Under the pieces are notes generated by a model. The model saw only the letters and a list, made by a program, of their open reading frames with translations, did not search any database and was not told the DNA's origin. Shown here piece after piece: positions 1 through 12,800 of a stretch of 64,000 bases of DNA. Location: assembly GCA_040954595.2 (NCBI GenBank), contig CM082578.2:5128831-5192830 (forward strand), read 5' to 3'. A program made the translations under genes and the position numbers. The DNA comes from Balanoglossus misakiensis (taxonomy: Eukaryota > Animalia > Hemichordata). How positions within the stretch are numbered: position 1 is the stretch's first letter; the number at the start of each line of letters is the position of its first letter.

Positions 1-303
1 AATGTGTTAAATTCTGAAATTTAGTTCATATTTTGTTGAAATTTGTCCAAGCTGAGGCATTTTATACAGAGCTGTGAACATTTGTGTATATACATGCACA
101 TGTATTGTGACATCACTTACCAATGAAGTGCAAAAAACCTGCGTCTTATGGAATTGTAGTACTACATGTATAGTACTATGGTTCTGTAATTTTCTAATGC
201 AAAGAAAATCATGAAAACTTTGCATATTGATTTAACAACTTAGCAATCAGTATTTGAATCCTTGGGTATACTATCAAGTACTGCAGATTCTATCAGAACT
301 CAC

Positions 304-523
304 CTGTGTGATCTCTTCCACCGGTCCTATTGAATCCTATTGGTTTAACTGTATATTTATCTGGATTACGAAATTTGGCAATGCCTTCAACTATGGATGA
401 CGTGTGCAGCCATGCTGCAGGCAGACAACTCCCATACAATGGATTGTGAAGTAAACCACATCCTGTGTGTTTGCTGGAAATCTTCAGGTTTTGGAAAATG
501 ATACTTAGGGCTTTGGCTGCCAT
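304..523 (-). CDS. MRPL2: Mitochondrial ribosomal protein uL2m, first coding exon (gene continues beyond window start)
   Basis: ATG at 523-521 in strong context (caacATGG). Reads MAAKALSIIFQNLKISSKH... (basic, acid-poor, presequence-like) to KYTVKPIGFNRTGGRDHT(G), matching the GGRDHTG motif of animal MRPL2. Phase-1 donor G|GTGAG at 303-299. Likely acceptor ttcacAG at 615-614 puts the exon start at 613. Confidence 0.88.
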
Positions 524-740
524 GTTGAGTTGAGTCGTTCTTACATGTGTACATTAACAAACTGATCTTGAGATGGAGACGAGTTCTTGTGGTTCCATGG
601 CAACTACATGTAGCTGTGAATGAGGTATTACACAACCAGTATTAAATCTTTAAAAAAATCTTCGTTCCTATGTTACAAGTGACTGATAAACTGCTGAAGC
701 AAAATTGCCATGATGACTATCAAAAGTTGTCTAATCCTAA

Positions 741-1544
741 GGCTGCATTCACAAACACCTCTGGAGGGGGGGGCAGGAGAATTGAGGGGGGGGATTTGAA
801 AAAATTGAGGGTATGTAAGGGGGGGATTTGAAATAATTTAGGGACTGAAAGGGGGGGACTTGAAAACTTTAACGACTAAATATTTATTTTGAGTCCACAA
901 AAATGCAGTTTCGCGCCCTTTATTTTACAAAATTTTCTAATGTGGGAGGGGGACACCCCCTCCCACACCCACCCCCTCCATTCATCAACACCTTTCAATC
1001 ATTGACTGGTTTATCTACATGTAGTGTCCCAGGTCAGGAGACTTGCCCCACCCTATGATAACTTTGAGCGGCGATGGTTAAATTTGTCCTCCCCAACATA
1101 CCGGTAGTTGAGTTAATTTGCTTTTGCCGGGTTCATTAAAATGCAGCTTTGAGCTCTGTATTTTAGAAAATTTTCTTACGTGGGAGGGGGACACCCCCTC
1201 CCAAACCCACCCCCTTCAATTCTCGGTTTACAATGTCTCCCAACACAGAATACAAATATATGTACTTAAAACATAAAAACAATGTTCAGTTTTAATACCC
1301 ACTGATGAGGGGAAACATCAGTTTCAAATTCTTTTCATGGGAGCGCTGTTTTTCTTTTTACAAGATAGATAGGTGATGTGTTTTGCTCTGTGAAAGAAAA
1401 TGGGGGGGGATTTCAAAATTTTGGCAGTTCGGAAGGGGGGGATTTGAAAATATTGGCAGTTCGGAAGGGGGGCATGTGAAAATTAGCGGTAAAAAAAATT
1501 GAATTCTCCCGCCCCCCCCTCCGGAGGTGTTTGTGAATGCAGCC
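741..1544. mobile_element. PIF/Harbinger (Tourist-like) non-autonomous DNA transposon, copy 1 (~804 bp)
   Basis: TIRs GGCTGCATTCACAAACACCTC(T/C)GGAGGGGGGG at both ends. TAA direct repeat at 738-740 and 1545-1547. Near-identical copy at 27809-28611. No coding capacity. Confidence 0.92.
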
Positions 1545-1579
1545 TAATGATTGGATGTTGTGCAAAGCCAGAAACTTCC

Positions 1580-1668
1580 TAGCCTGGTCTCCATACCCAG
1601 TGTGTTTTAGCATGGTTTTAACTGTGTGAGAGTCTATCTAAAACACACTGGGTATGGAGACCAGACTA
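1580..1668. mobile_element. 89-bp hairpin MITE with TAG...CTA ends and 9-bp TSD
   Basis: Inverted arms TAGCCTGGTCTCCATACCCAGTGTGTTTTAG and CTAAAACACACTGGGTATGGAGACCAGACTA. Perfect flanking repeat GAAACTTCC at 1571-1579 and 1669-1677. Confidence 0.88.
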
Positions 1669-1983
1669 GAAACTTCCATACCTACATACTGCAATATTTG
1701 CTTGTTTTAAAGTGCATACAAAAAGTTTCTAATATGCAAATAGAAAGACCTAAACTGCAACACACTGTGCACGTGGAAAACTGGTAGCAGCCAATCACTG
1801 GGTGCCATATCCGTTCGTACCAACTGCAATTTTAAAACTACACTACACTAACACTACGTCATTACACTGCACTACACTAAGCTAAATGAAGCCTAGTTCT
1901 ATACATATATAATGTACAAATTGGGTTTTGTTCCTGTTCAGATTAAACAAACCACGTGAATTTTAAGACGCATGTTGCTCACC

Positions 1984-2468
1984 TTACCGCCATCTTTGTG
2001 ACCTTTCACTTGCAACTTATAACCTCTAGCCTCGTTCGCCGATGTGCGTGTATCTAATCGAAACAAATCACGTTAAATATCTCTCTTTTTGCATAGCAAC
2101 CATAGTTTAAGTAATATTGCGCCCTACATTTCTAAACAGTCTAACTGCATAACTTCCTCAAACACAGTAAGATTAAATTTTAAGAGCGACTGAATAATGT
2201 GCTGTATTGAGCTTGAACGTACATGAGTCGATTCCCAGCTGCATGTTCCCAAACAAAAGTGTACAACTAATATTGTAACACATTTCAGGTTCCGTCTGAT
2301 AGCTCTACCTTTGTTGTCATTTATTTTGAGGAGTTTTGGCAGATATTTCTAGTCAACGCCGACGAAGCAATCTCCAGACTTCACAGCAGACACACCATCA
2401 CCAGCCCATTACACGCTGCACTCCTGGTCCTGGTCCTCTACTGCCATCGAATATTCTGAGCCTGGACG
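1984..2468. promoter_or_regulatory. Putative bidirectional promoter / first exons of MRPL2 (-) and LSM8 (+)
   Basis: CpG-richer patch between divergent genes. The minus strand has a YY1-type AAGATGGCG (1996-1988) directly followed by donor GTAAGG (1987-1982). LSM8 ATG is at 2469. Confidence 0.6.
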
Positions 2469-4170
2469 ATGGCGTCTGCTTTGGAAGGCTACATCAATCG
2501 TATCCTTTGTCCTAAATTAGAATTACTAGTCGGTTCTGTGAGAGCAAGAATGGGTACCATGGCGTATCTAGTACTAGTAGTAGTATATTTCCATACTATA
2601 GTCAAGTTGGTGGATCAAATTTTCTTAGAGTTTACATGACATTGCACATGTTGCATGATGCTCTTTGTGGAGGGAAGTTCAAAATTAGATGCCCAAACTG
2701 TCATTGACAGTTGGTCGCACAACGCAAGTGACGAGAGACTGGGAAGTTTACAAAATGTATAGGTACAATTTTAGCATCAATGTCACCATGTCTATGATGT
2801 CACAAACAATTGACTACATTTACCACAGGTCTGTATGAATACATGTGTGCTCATGCAGAGTATGCATCTGGTTTGATTGTCAAGTGTCCATAGTGTGACA
2901 CCTATTCTTTCAGTAAGGATGTGCACTGTGTTAACATGTGTTGATGTAATCTGTGGTAAGCACTGAATTACGTAGACACCTCTGAAGCTGTTTTCATCTG
3001 CTTATGATGTCACAGCACAGTCGGCCAGGGTTATTACACTTAGTTACACTGCGATATCACGCCTTAGGCGTACATTGTAACATAGTGTAACAACCCCTAC
3101 GTGACTGAGTGTTGCTTGCAGCTACATGTATTATCTTCTTCAGAGGTACATGGTAGTACAATTACTGGACACGTATATGCATCGCAGCAAACAAAACATC
3201 ATACTAGAAGTAGAAAAACAATTTGGGCAAATAGTAGATTGTTCTCCAGTGGATTAAGTGCCCTGGGTGCAAAATTTTGGCTTTTTGTGATAATTAAATA
3301 AGTGTTGATTTGATTGATAGCTTTGTTAAACAATCTTAACAAGACCCTTGCAGACACGGTATCCGTGGTGACCAATGATGGACGCATGATAGTGGGAACT
3401 TTGAAGGGATTTGATCAGACAATTAATTTGATCCTGGATGAGAGCCACGAGAGAGTATTCAGTTCAACACAAGGAGTGGAACAAGTTGTTCTTGGCTTGT
3501 ACATCATCAGAGGAGATAATATGTAAGTGTTTGAACCTGTGAATTTTCAGTAAAGCAAGCAAGGCCCATTTGTGCTTAGTCTGGTCCCCTGCCCCATTCC
3601 CACCGCTGGCTGTGCTACGCTAAAAGGAAAGGGGTCAGGTACGGTCCGCTCTTGGCCCAAAACATGGCCCGCATATTATCATGAAACAAAGACCACGTGA
3701 TCATAAACAAGATGGATGCCCCCAATGTCCGTAAGCCAATGAGAGCCATGTTTACAAAAGCACGTGCCTGACCCTTCCCTTTTAGCGTAGCGCAGCCAGC
3801 GGTGGGAATGGGGCAGGGGACCAGACTAATTCGTGCTCACTGTTGTGTTGCGCATTGTTGGCCATTTGGAATGCACTCCAATATGCTATTTACCCATACA
3901 TTTTTCATGCAAATGAATTAACAAAGCAGGCACATGATTAACAGACACATCACTTTGTGAGTAAATCTGAGTTCAAAATTAGAGTCTTAAAGAAATAATT
4001 CAGAGAGTCACAAGTACACAAAGTTAACATTACAGTGATTTGTTGATTGGTGTTTATTCTTTCTTTCCAATTCCAACAGAGCTGTTGTCGGAGAAATTGA
4101 TGATGAAACAGACAATTCCCTGGACCTTACCAGCATCAAAGCAGAACCTCTAAATCCTGTTGTGCACTAA
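2469..4170 (+). CDS. LSM8: U6 snRNA-associated Sm-like protein LSm8 (3 exons, 96 aa)
   Basis: Exons 2469-2499, 3354-3522 and 4080-4170 total 291 nt: MASALEGYINHTVSVVTNDGRMIVGTLKGFDQTINLILDESHERVFSSTQGVEQVVLGLYIIRGDNIAVVGEIDDETDNSLDLTSIKAEPLNPVVH*. Sm1/Sm2 motifs and length match LSm8. Confidence 0.97.
2500..3353 (+). other. LSM8: U12-type (minor spliceosome) GT-AG intron
   Basis: 5' site GTATCCTTT (2500-2508) is the U12 consensus. Branch-like ATCTTAAC at 3333-3340 lies close to CAG (3351-3353), with no long pyrimidine tract. Confidence 0.92.
3577..3828. mobile_element. 252-bp MITE with TAG...CTA ends, long TIRs and 9-bp TSD (LSM8 intron 2)
   Basis: ~70-bp inverted arms starting TAGTCTGGTCCCCTGCCCCATTCCCACCGCTGGCTG. 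Flanks ATTTGTGCT (3568-3576) and ATTCGTGCT (3829-3837) match 8/9. Confidence 0.88.
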
Positions 4171-4622
4171 CTGCTGGCATACATTAAATCCAACTGTATA
4201 CTACTAGCTGCCATTTGAGTTTGATATGGGAGTACATCAGTCTGCTTGAAAAAAATGGTTGAATTTGAACAACAACCCTCGGTGTGGTGCAGTCTGCGTA
4301 TATTTTCTATTTTTCAGCTGTGTTTCAAACTAGACAAGATCATCAAGCTGGTGGACTCGACACATCCCTAACTCCTTACTTTGCTGTGTGTGTACTGGTA
4401 TCAAGGTGATGACAACAATATGTACTAAATAGAAGGCATTCAGAAAGCAAGTGGGATATCATACATTTTTCGACTTTTAACTTCTGATTTCCAACAAATG
4501 GAACTATTTTGAAATGGGCTGGAACCAAATCTCTGTGGTATGCATAATGCTGTGCTTTCATTTCTATGTGTTTAGCCTGTGATGACAAGCTGAATACTGT
4601 TCATATGTCAGCATGGTGAAAA

Positions 4623-4793
4623 TACTGTAAAGGGGGAAATGTTTGCAATATCAAAAGAGGCAATGATATAATTTCACGTTCTTGTATTTCACTAACTGCA
4701 TCGTTTTTTGCCGAAAAACATTTTGCATGACTTTCTATTTTTGCGATTTTTTGGCTCAGCCAAAGTTTGCAAAAATTTCCCCATTTTACAGTA
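4623..4793. mobile_element. TA-flanked MITE with CTGT...ACAG ends (degenerate)
   Basis: TACTGTAAAGGGGGAAATGTTTGCA ... TGCAAAAATTTCCCCATTTTACAGTA inverted termini; same end type as 8338-8548. Confidence 0.7.
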
Positions 4794-5796
4794 TTATCAA
4801 AAGATACAGCTACTGTCCCTTTCGTGCTTCTGTTACATATCAAGGTCACATGTCTGCTCATTGAACCTCACACTAATTGTATCTTGCCAATCACAGATAT
4901 ACTGACTGGCAATATAAAAAAGTGTGGCCGAAAATTCATTGAGAAACTGAGACATGCCTATTTAACTATGTGTGGGTATATGAAAGTTCCAAGATTTTAT
5001 CCCTTAAGAGAAAGTGGAACTTATATTATTTAGCAGTTTTTTTACAGTTGAAGTTTAGAGACCAGACATGTATAACTATAAATCCATATTTTGATATCTT
5101 AGAGTGACAAAGTAATAAGTTTTGATACTAGTATTATTGTTATATTGCCACCCATGCACTCACCCAGTGCAGCATGATTGAAAATGAAAGAATTTGTGTT
5201 TTCAGAAAATTTGTAATTTGCTCAATACTCACTGTATAAGAGAAATCCATTTGATGCAGACATGTGTTTTTTTTTCTATTTTGTCATGTATTTTGATATT
5301 GCCAAAGGATATATTATGTTATTGACTTAACAGACAAGAAGACATGTATCATTAAATCTCTACGAACTCCAACTTTGTGCTATTTTCTTATTTTTGGGGT
5401 GTTTACCATGGTTTCTTATTCTGCTCTGTAAAACGAAAAAACTGTTATTTGATTTTTCGACACAACCCTTTTGTAGTAATCAGCATTGTTGTCAAAATAA
5501 GTGGACTTTACTCATATTCCAGGCATTTTTTTTATAAAAAGCTTAAGACAGAACATTTCACAAAGCTATCCAGAGTAGAACAAGATACCAGAGTTGATAC
5601 ATGGGCCGGGAGAAAAATATTTTTAAATGGCCAAAAGTTTGAGTTACTAGTGCTTAACTATGTTCCTTGTAAAACTGTTGCCATATAGCAAGTCACTTCA
5701 GGTGAGCATTTCTGTCAATTTGAAGAGTATTTTATTGAGGAATTAAAGACAAATTAGACATTTTCCATGTTTTGTATACTGATGTCATTAATCACT

Positions 5797-5885
5797 TTGT
5801 CTGGTATCCATACCACAGTGTGTTTTAGAATTGCTTACCTGTGTGTGAGTCTATCTAAAACACACTGGGGTATGGATACCAGATA
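5797..5885. mobile_element. Diverged copy of the 89-bp hairpin MITE
   Basis: Aligns end to end with 1580-1668 (GTCTGGTATCCATACC...CTAAAACACACTGGGGTATGGATACCAGA). Flanks TTAATCACT and TTTGTCACT match 7/9. Confidence 0.8.
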
Positions 5886-6599
5886 TTTGTCACTATGTAG
5901 CCCCCAATTGGTCTGTAGGAGCAGCTGGCATCTGTCTGTCTCTGTCTCTCTGTGTTATAATTGTTATCATACACATCTACACATCCATATTCCAAGAATC
6001 ACATGTCACATTTACATGATCAGTTGCAAAGACAAAACAAACCAATACAGCACAGCATCAAAGCACTCACAACAAAATCAAGTATGTAAAAGAAAGATAC
6101 ATGAACCTCTGGCAAAAAGACCAATATGTGATATCAGGATAAGCACGTCCTTCCCCAAGTCCTGTGGGGCACGCGCACTATTTCTGTCTCTAACTCAAAA
6201 TGGGAAGCAGTCCCACTCTGAAGGCAAATGTCACAAATAGTTTTACCACAATCATCCACAAGCTCATGAAACCTGTCAAAAGGCCTTTGTAGAGACAATA
6301 AAAATGTTTGACTTCCATTGGTGGACGATAACCGAAACTAGAAAGCCCAACCCCAAATTCAGCTCAGTACCAGAAACTGGCCCAAAGCAAGCATAAAAAG
6401 TATTGAAAACCTTTATAAATGCAAAAAAAATCGCTGAGCTACTAGTTGTTCATCCGAGTTGCTACTCTGCATAATTTAGGAGCCCACTACCTGCAACCAG
6501 CAGCCCGCACTTTAGCAGTTCCCAAATCCAGTGACACTGGATTAAATCAGGCGACTAAATTATTGATATTATCCCGATCCCTCCCTGGTTCTTGCTGAT

Positions 6600-6836
6600 C
6601 AAAACCAGTCACGAAGCGGAACGTCATCTGCATCATCACTTCCAACGCGTTTTCTAGAAATAAAAAAAACACAATTTAACGCTGAGGGCGCCCTGATTAC
6701 GTCACTCTCATATGCAAGCAGTCGCCATTTTGCAGTCTGTTGAATGTTTTGGTTGTGACCTCATGGATTTCTAAGGCAGTTTTTCCCCCATAACAAGACA
6801 TTTTTGTCGTTTAGGAACTTCATATAAAGACGGAGA
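6600..6836 (+). promoter_or_regulatory. Putative OTUD5 promoter / 5' leader
   Basis: CpG-rich patch with TTACGTCA (CRE/ATF-like), GCGGAA (ETS-like) and CGCCATTTT (YY1-type) motifs just upstream of the ATG at 6837. Confidence 0.5.
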
Positions 6837-9800
6837 ATGACAATTCTACCGAAAAAGAAGGCGAGCAAGGAGAAAAGTGACACAGATGGTGCTGAAAACC
6901 GTTCTCATTCGCACGGCTCGTCGCACAGTCAGAGTGACCCGAGGACCCGGGCAGGGAGAAATTCGCCCCCTCGATGGCCTCTTGCTTCGGCAAGGGAGGA
7001 AGGACTTTCTCCTCACGAAAGTCGGAATAATTACGAGAGGCGTGACAATTTAGAAGGGTCCAGTGGAGGTACATCTCACAAAAGGAGGCATCGAGCGTCG
7101 TCATCTCCTCTCCGGGGAGGGCGAAAGCACAGGGACATAGACGTTGACCTCGGTGCCTCGGCCAGCTGCTCGAACGATTCTGAATGCGAGACCGGTTGCA
7201 ACAGTGGCGATGAGTATGACAACGTTTTCTATCCTGGACCTGGCCAGGATATCGAAGAGGTATACCATTGTTTCACTGTTGAATTTCGTGAATATGTCCG
7301 ATTTCATTCGGTCGCCCCTTTCTGGCGACTGTTATATGTTAATCACCAGTGGCCATGACAGCGGCGCTGCGCATACTATGTAAAGTAAAACCATAGATAG
7401 TAGTGGTACATGCATCTGTAATTGCAGTAAATGATGTAAGAGGTTTGGCAAGGAGTGGCAATAACGCAAGCACCGCATAGCTGGTCAGCCAAATTAAAAA
7501 CAAATATATATATGCAGTGTTCTGGGCCAACTGATTAAATTCAGGTGTTGTTATGTGAATAGCGACGTGTCCCTGCAATAGTACATTAAGTAGGAGAGAA
7601 ATTCGTTTTTGGGAAAATGCCAAGAGAATTGTGTACACAAATAGACTGGCCTTCCAAATGCTGTAGCCAGAGAGTTGATAAAATAGAGAGTACATCAAGT
7701 TCAGAAGTGATACAGGTGAATCAAGAAAATGTGCTTTTTGTGGTGTATTGAAACTTACGTTTCCAAACTTAGCTCATATTATATTGCAACAGCTGTGAGT
7801 CCATAATGTTTGGTCACTTTTGGTAGTAGAACCCTGGGTAGAACAAGAATAAATTACCTGGTTTGGAATGGCAATGCACCAGAACAAACTCTGACATTAC
7901 ATTAGCTCTGCGTACAGGTCTGTGTGTTCCCGGCGTTGCACGGCCTGTACGCAGAGCTAACATTACATGTACATGTAGTATAAAATTGCTTTGATGCAAT
8001 GATTATCCCACTTCAAGTCTACTGACATTTTATTTCATATCATATCAGACTGAAGGTTACAAATTGTTGTTACACAACATTCATTGCATAGTGACCGTGA
8101 CCTGTGTCCACAGGTTTCAAGATATCGTGAGAATAACTGTCATTTCTACCCTGCAAGTCGGTAAGAAATCTACAAAAGTACATGTAAATAGGTCAGGTGC
8201 ATATTCAACTGTGATGCGGGTTTTGCAACGCTATATTGTAACCCCTCTAAGTCACCACAAGTAGAATGTCTCAAAGTGCGTGTCATTTAACCACACTGTG
8301 GTCATTGAACAAAGTTGTGTAGTGGTAGTTATACACATACTGTAAAACACTTTATTTTCGCGAGCAATAAATTTTCGCGAAATATGCGAGACCCAAAATA
8401 GCGTGAAAATAAAATGTCGTGTACATTTTTTTTAAGATAACGATGCAGTGAATGAAATAAGAGAATGCGAAAATTAATACTCGCGAAACAGTGGCCTCTC
8501 TTGATATCGCGAAAATTTCAACTCGCTAAAATAAAGTGTTTTACAGTACACACAGTGGCATGACCTGTATCCCACGATTTCAAGACTGACATCTGACAAT
8601 ACCCTCTCCCACAGTGGACACCCCTTCTGCACTCTGATTTGTAAATTTATGTGCAAGCAGAGATTTCTGTTCAGTCAGGGCCCTACCCTTGATTGAATTA
8701 TACGGTATTTCAGCTCTAGTCACGCCGAGTGAGGTATTAAATTAATTCTCTTCACTATTGGCAAATCCATAAAAACTAAAAATAACCTGATCAAGAAAAG
8801 AGAACCGGTGTGCTTACGTTCTCTTGTACCTTTTTGTGGTGTCAAAGTTCAAAGGAACACTATAGCCAATCCCATTCTGGCTGGAGCATATAGTATCATA
8901 GATTATGTAAATGTAGTGTGTACCCAGCTCAATTTTCCCCAGTCATTATTTGAGAGTTGAAGGCCAAAGCAAAACACATCGGGGGAGGGGGGAAGAATGG
9001 CACAATCAGCTTTTAAGAGAGCTTTTGAAATTATAAAATAAAGACATACCCATTATGAGAAAAACACTTTCATCTTATGCCATGCCTTGAAATTTGAATT
9101 CTAGGCTGGATTAGGATAGATTCTTGAAGTCAACTTAAGGAAACTGTCAGTAAAGATTGGAATAAATTCCTTCAAACTGTGATATAATGCCACCATCATT
9201 TGTATAATGTACTCCACGAGACATGTCACCCAAACTTCCCCATTTTGGTTTGAAGTACAGTAAACCTGCCAAAATTGGACTGCACCAGTAACCGTTCGGT
9301 TTATTAACATGATTTCCTATGAGATGGGGATTCGAAAATGTGTCCAGTGTAGACATGTTTCCGGATTAGGAAGAGTCCAGTTTAGCAAGGTTTCACACTT
9401 GACTTGGACAAGTGTCTTCGATCAGTTGGACACAAGGTCAGCTTCAGAGTTGCACATTCTACCGTCAGTTCAGATATCACAGCCATTGATATGGGCCTTT
9501 CTACAAGTCTACATGATCAACAGCTTGTTAGTCAAATGTCATTCCTGGACGAGAACTAACACATGAACTATGTCCCTAGAAGTTTGTCCCACAAACGGAT
9601 CAAAGTCCTCAGTTTGAGTGTTACAATGAACATAGTGACATAATGGAGGGAAAGGTTTGCCTACCTTTCTAATAAGGTTGAATCACAAATTCTGATAATT
9701 AGAAACTGAAACTGAAACTTCTAATGAGGGGCTAGAGGTTTCACTTTATGTCATGGCTTTCTGTATGACACTGTACAGAGAAACTGTGTTTATCTTTAGA

Positions 9801-12800
9801 CTTAGTTTTCAATATTATTTTATCATACACAGATGGAGAGGAGATTTGAAAAAGCTTTAGAAGAAAAAAGAGGATTTATTATCAAGAAAATGGTTCCTGA
9901 TGGGGCCTGTCTTTTCAGAGCTGTTGGTGAGTGGGAAATCAGACTTGTTCTGCAGTTTTAGTCAATCTTTTCACAAATGCAAGTTTGTGACCTGTGTTTT
10001 ATTTTACAGTGAAAGAGTTTAACCCTTTCACCCCCAGTTCCCTCAGGCTCTATAGAGAGGTCCAACTTTACCATAGAAAACAATGGATTTGGACTGGTTT
10101 GATTATATCTCTCCACAAATGGAAAATTTTATGGAAAGTTACTTTCTTTCTCTCCAGCCGACCAAGTTTATGGTGATCAAGAAATGCATTCTATTGTGCG
10201 GAATCACTGCATGGATTATATGGTAAGCGATTTGACTTGTCTCTCTTCCCACAGGTAGGGTAAGGGATGTGGCCGTTTGGAGTTATGTGCAGTTTGGCAC
10301 AGATAAGTGCTTTGGCCTGTGAGTGAGATTTGGACCTTGTCATTTAGTCTGCATAGCTTGCTTATTTCTTGGAAACATTGCTCTTGCTTTTACAAGTGAA
10401 AATACTATTAATATTGATATAACATTGTTCTTGCTTTACAGGTGAAAAATGCCGACCATTTTTCTCAGTATGTTACTGAAGATTTCAATGCATACATCAA
10501 TCGTAAACGAAGTGATCATTGTCATGGTAACCACCCAGAAATGCAGGCTTTGTCTGAGATGTACAACAGACCAATAGAGGTTTATTCCTATAGTTTAGGT
10601 AAGATTCAGTTGTCTCTTCATACATGCAGACTCATAACAAAAAGACTTTTTTTTTAAAAATGTGAATCCTCTCATTTTCCAAGGCAATGTTGATCACATG
10701 ACAGGTCATGTGACACAATATATACAAAACATGTTCATTTGAGAAATGGCCAACCAAATTACAGTTGAACTGACCACACCCCGATGTTAAGCTTTTTTGT
10801 ATGGATTGGCAGTGGTATATGGATTATATAGGTAATGGTAGTCAAACGGTATAAAAGCTACAATGTATGTTGGCTCTCATGCAGCAAGATATACCACACA
10901 TCAGTGAATCATGTTTGCTATATTCATGATATTTGGGTGTGTGGAAAGACAGTAAAACATGTCTAATCTGGAAACCTGTCTATATCAAACACCTTTCCTG
11001 TCCCTGTGACATAAAAGCATGTTTTAAAAGAACCTCTATAAACCGTACACCTCTACAAACTAAACAGTTTCTTCAGTCCCTTTGGTGTTCGATATAGACA
11101 GGTTTTACTGTATCTGTTAATTCAGCACAGCCAAACATACAAGTCATTTGTGAATTCCATCTACCCTATTATAACAAACACAAAAGTTGGAACACTCTAG
11201 ATATGTGAACACATGACTCATCAGTTTAATTGTCTTTTTTTCACTCCAGAACCAATGAACACTTTTCATGGCAATCACAGAACTGATAATGAACCCCTTC
11301 GTGTCAGCTATCATCGCAATGTACATTACAACTCAGTGGTGGATCCATTCAAAGCAACTATTGGTGTAGGACTTGGATTGCCATCTTTTGTACCTGGGGT
11401 AAGTTTTTTTTCCATAAAGGAATCACAAAATGAATTTTTGTCTTGGAGACTTCTATCTTTAAAAGGAGGTAATTTCGAATTAAGTTTCATAGCCTGGTGA
11501 CTGTATATAAATCTTGAGGTATGTACTGGTGCCTCAGAAGTCTTTCTGCAAACAAAATTGCGACTGCAACTGTCGCAAATGATATCTGTGACCGTCGTAA
11601 ACAGTATCTGCTACCAGTTCGATTGTCTTAGATAGTGTCTGCTACTACACATGCTAAACAGATTGGTCCCATTTGAATGACTGTTTTGATTCCACACATA
11701 ACCTCCTTACATTTCCATGCACTGAGACACTTTTGGGTTTCCAGTTATGATCATATGGTAATTAAACCTGTCTTCAACACATAGTTTCGACTTTGTGTGA
11801 AATAGTATTTTGCTGAACACCAGTGTGCCCTCTAAGCCCACATGATGCGCCACTGACTCAACAAACTCACTGATGACTCAAGAAAATTATCCACACTACA
11901 TGCAAAGGTATACGGCTGACTCCGAGAAGTTTCTATAAATCCTCAAATTGACTCGAAGCTTTTGAAAATTATGTTTGTTAGAGGGCACACTGCTGAACAC
12001 CAAGTCTGTCTTCTTACCATCTTTGAATCTGCAGTTAGCTGAAAAGAATCAGATGACGGCGGCAACAAAGTTGTCGGAGGCTTGGCACTTGGAAGAGGCC
12101 ATGTTGGAAGACAAGTTGAAGGCCACAGATTGGGAAGCTACAAATGAAGCGATTGAGGAACAGATTGCCAGAGAATCCTATTTACAATGGTTGAGAGATA
12201 ACGAGAAGAGAGCTCGCAAAGAAGAGGCCTCTGTAAGTCTTCCCTATTGCTCCCTTCATGCCAATACTGTGAATGTGTGGGTTGTTTGGCTTACACGTAA
12301 TATACATGTATGTTACAAAATGATGTCGTATGATTGTAGGTGTACATTTAAATATATGAAACTGTTACATAATAAACAGGTGTCACACCCATTTAATTGC
12401 TCATTGCAAGAGTACACAAGTATCGTGGTATACACACACGGGTATTAAAATCCCCACCAAATCAAAATAGTGTAGTGTTTTGACTGAGAAGATTGAAGTA
12501 TTTTATCAATTAAAAATATAGGTAAATGGCAGCACTGGGGGCTTTAGGATCAGCAGAAACAAATATTGTGTTGTTTGGTTGCTTTTCAGTCTTGTAGTGC
12601 CAGTGCCACCTGTGTGAGTGACGGGGCCACATCCAGCAATTGGTGGGATGCTGTATCTACCTCCAAGGAGAATTCCCAGCAACAGGAACTGCAGCAGCAA
12701 CAACAACAACTGCAGCAGCAACAACTGCAACAGGAGCAACAACAACAACAACAGCATCACAGTCACGTCAGCAGCCACGGATCACCCCCTCACAGCCCTT

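Noticed and set aside
7260-7268. OTUD5 intron 1 donor GTATACCAT resembling a U12 site
   Set aside because: Does not match GTATCCT, and the acceptor at 9832 has an ordinary U2-type T-rich tract.
10019-10100. TTAA-CCCT piggyBac-like end in OTUD5 intron 2
   Set aside because: No matching right terminus or second TTAA could be found.
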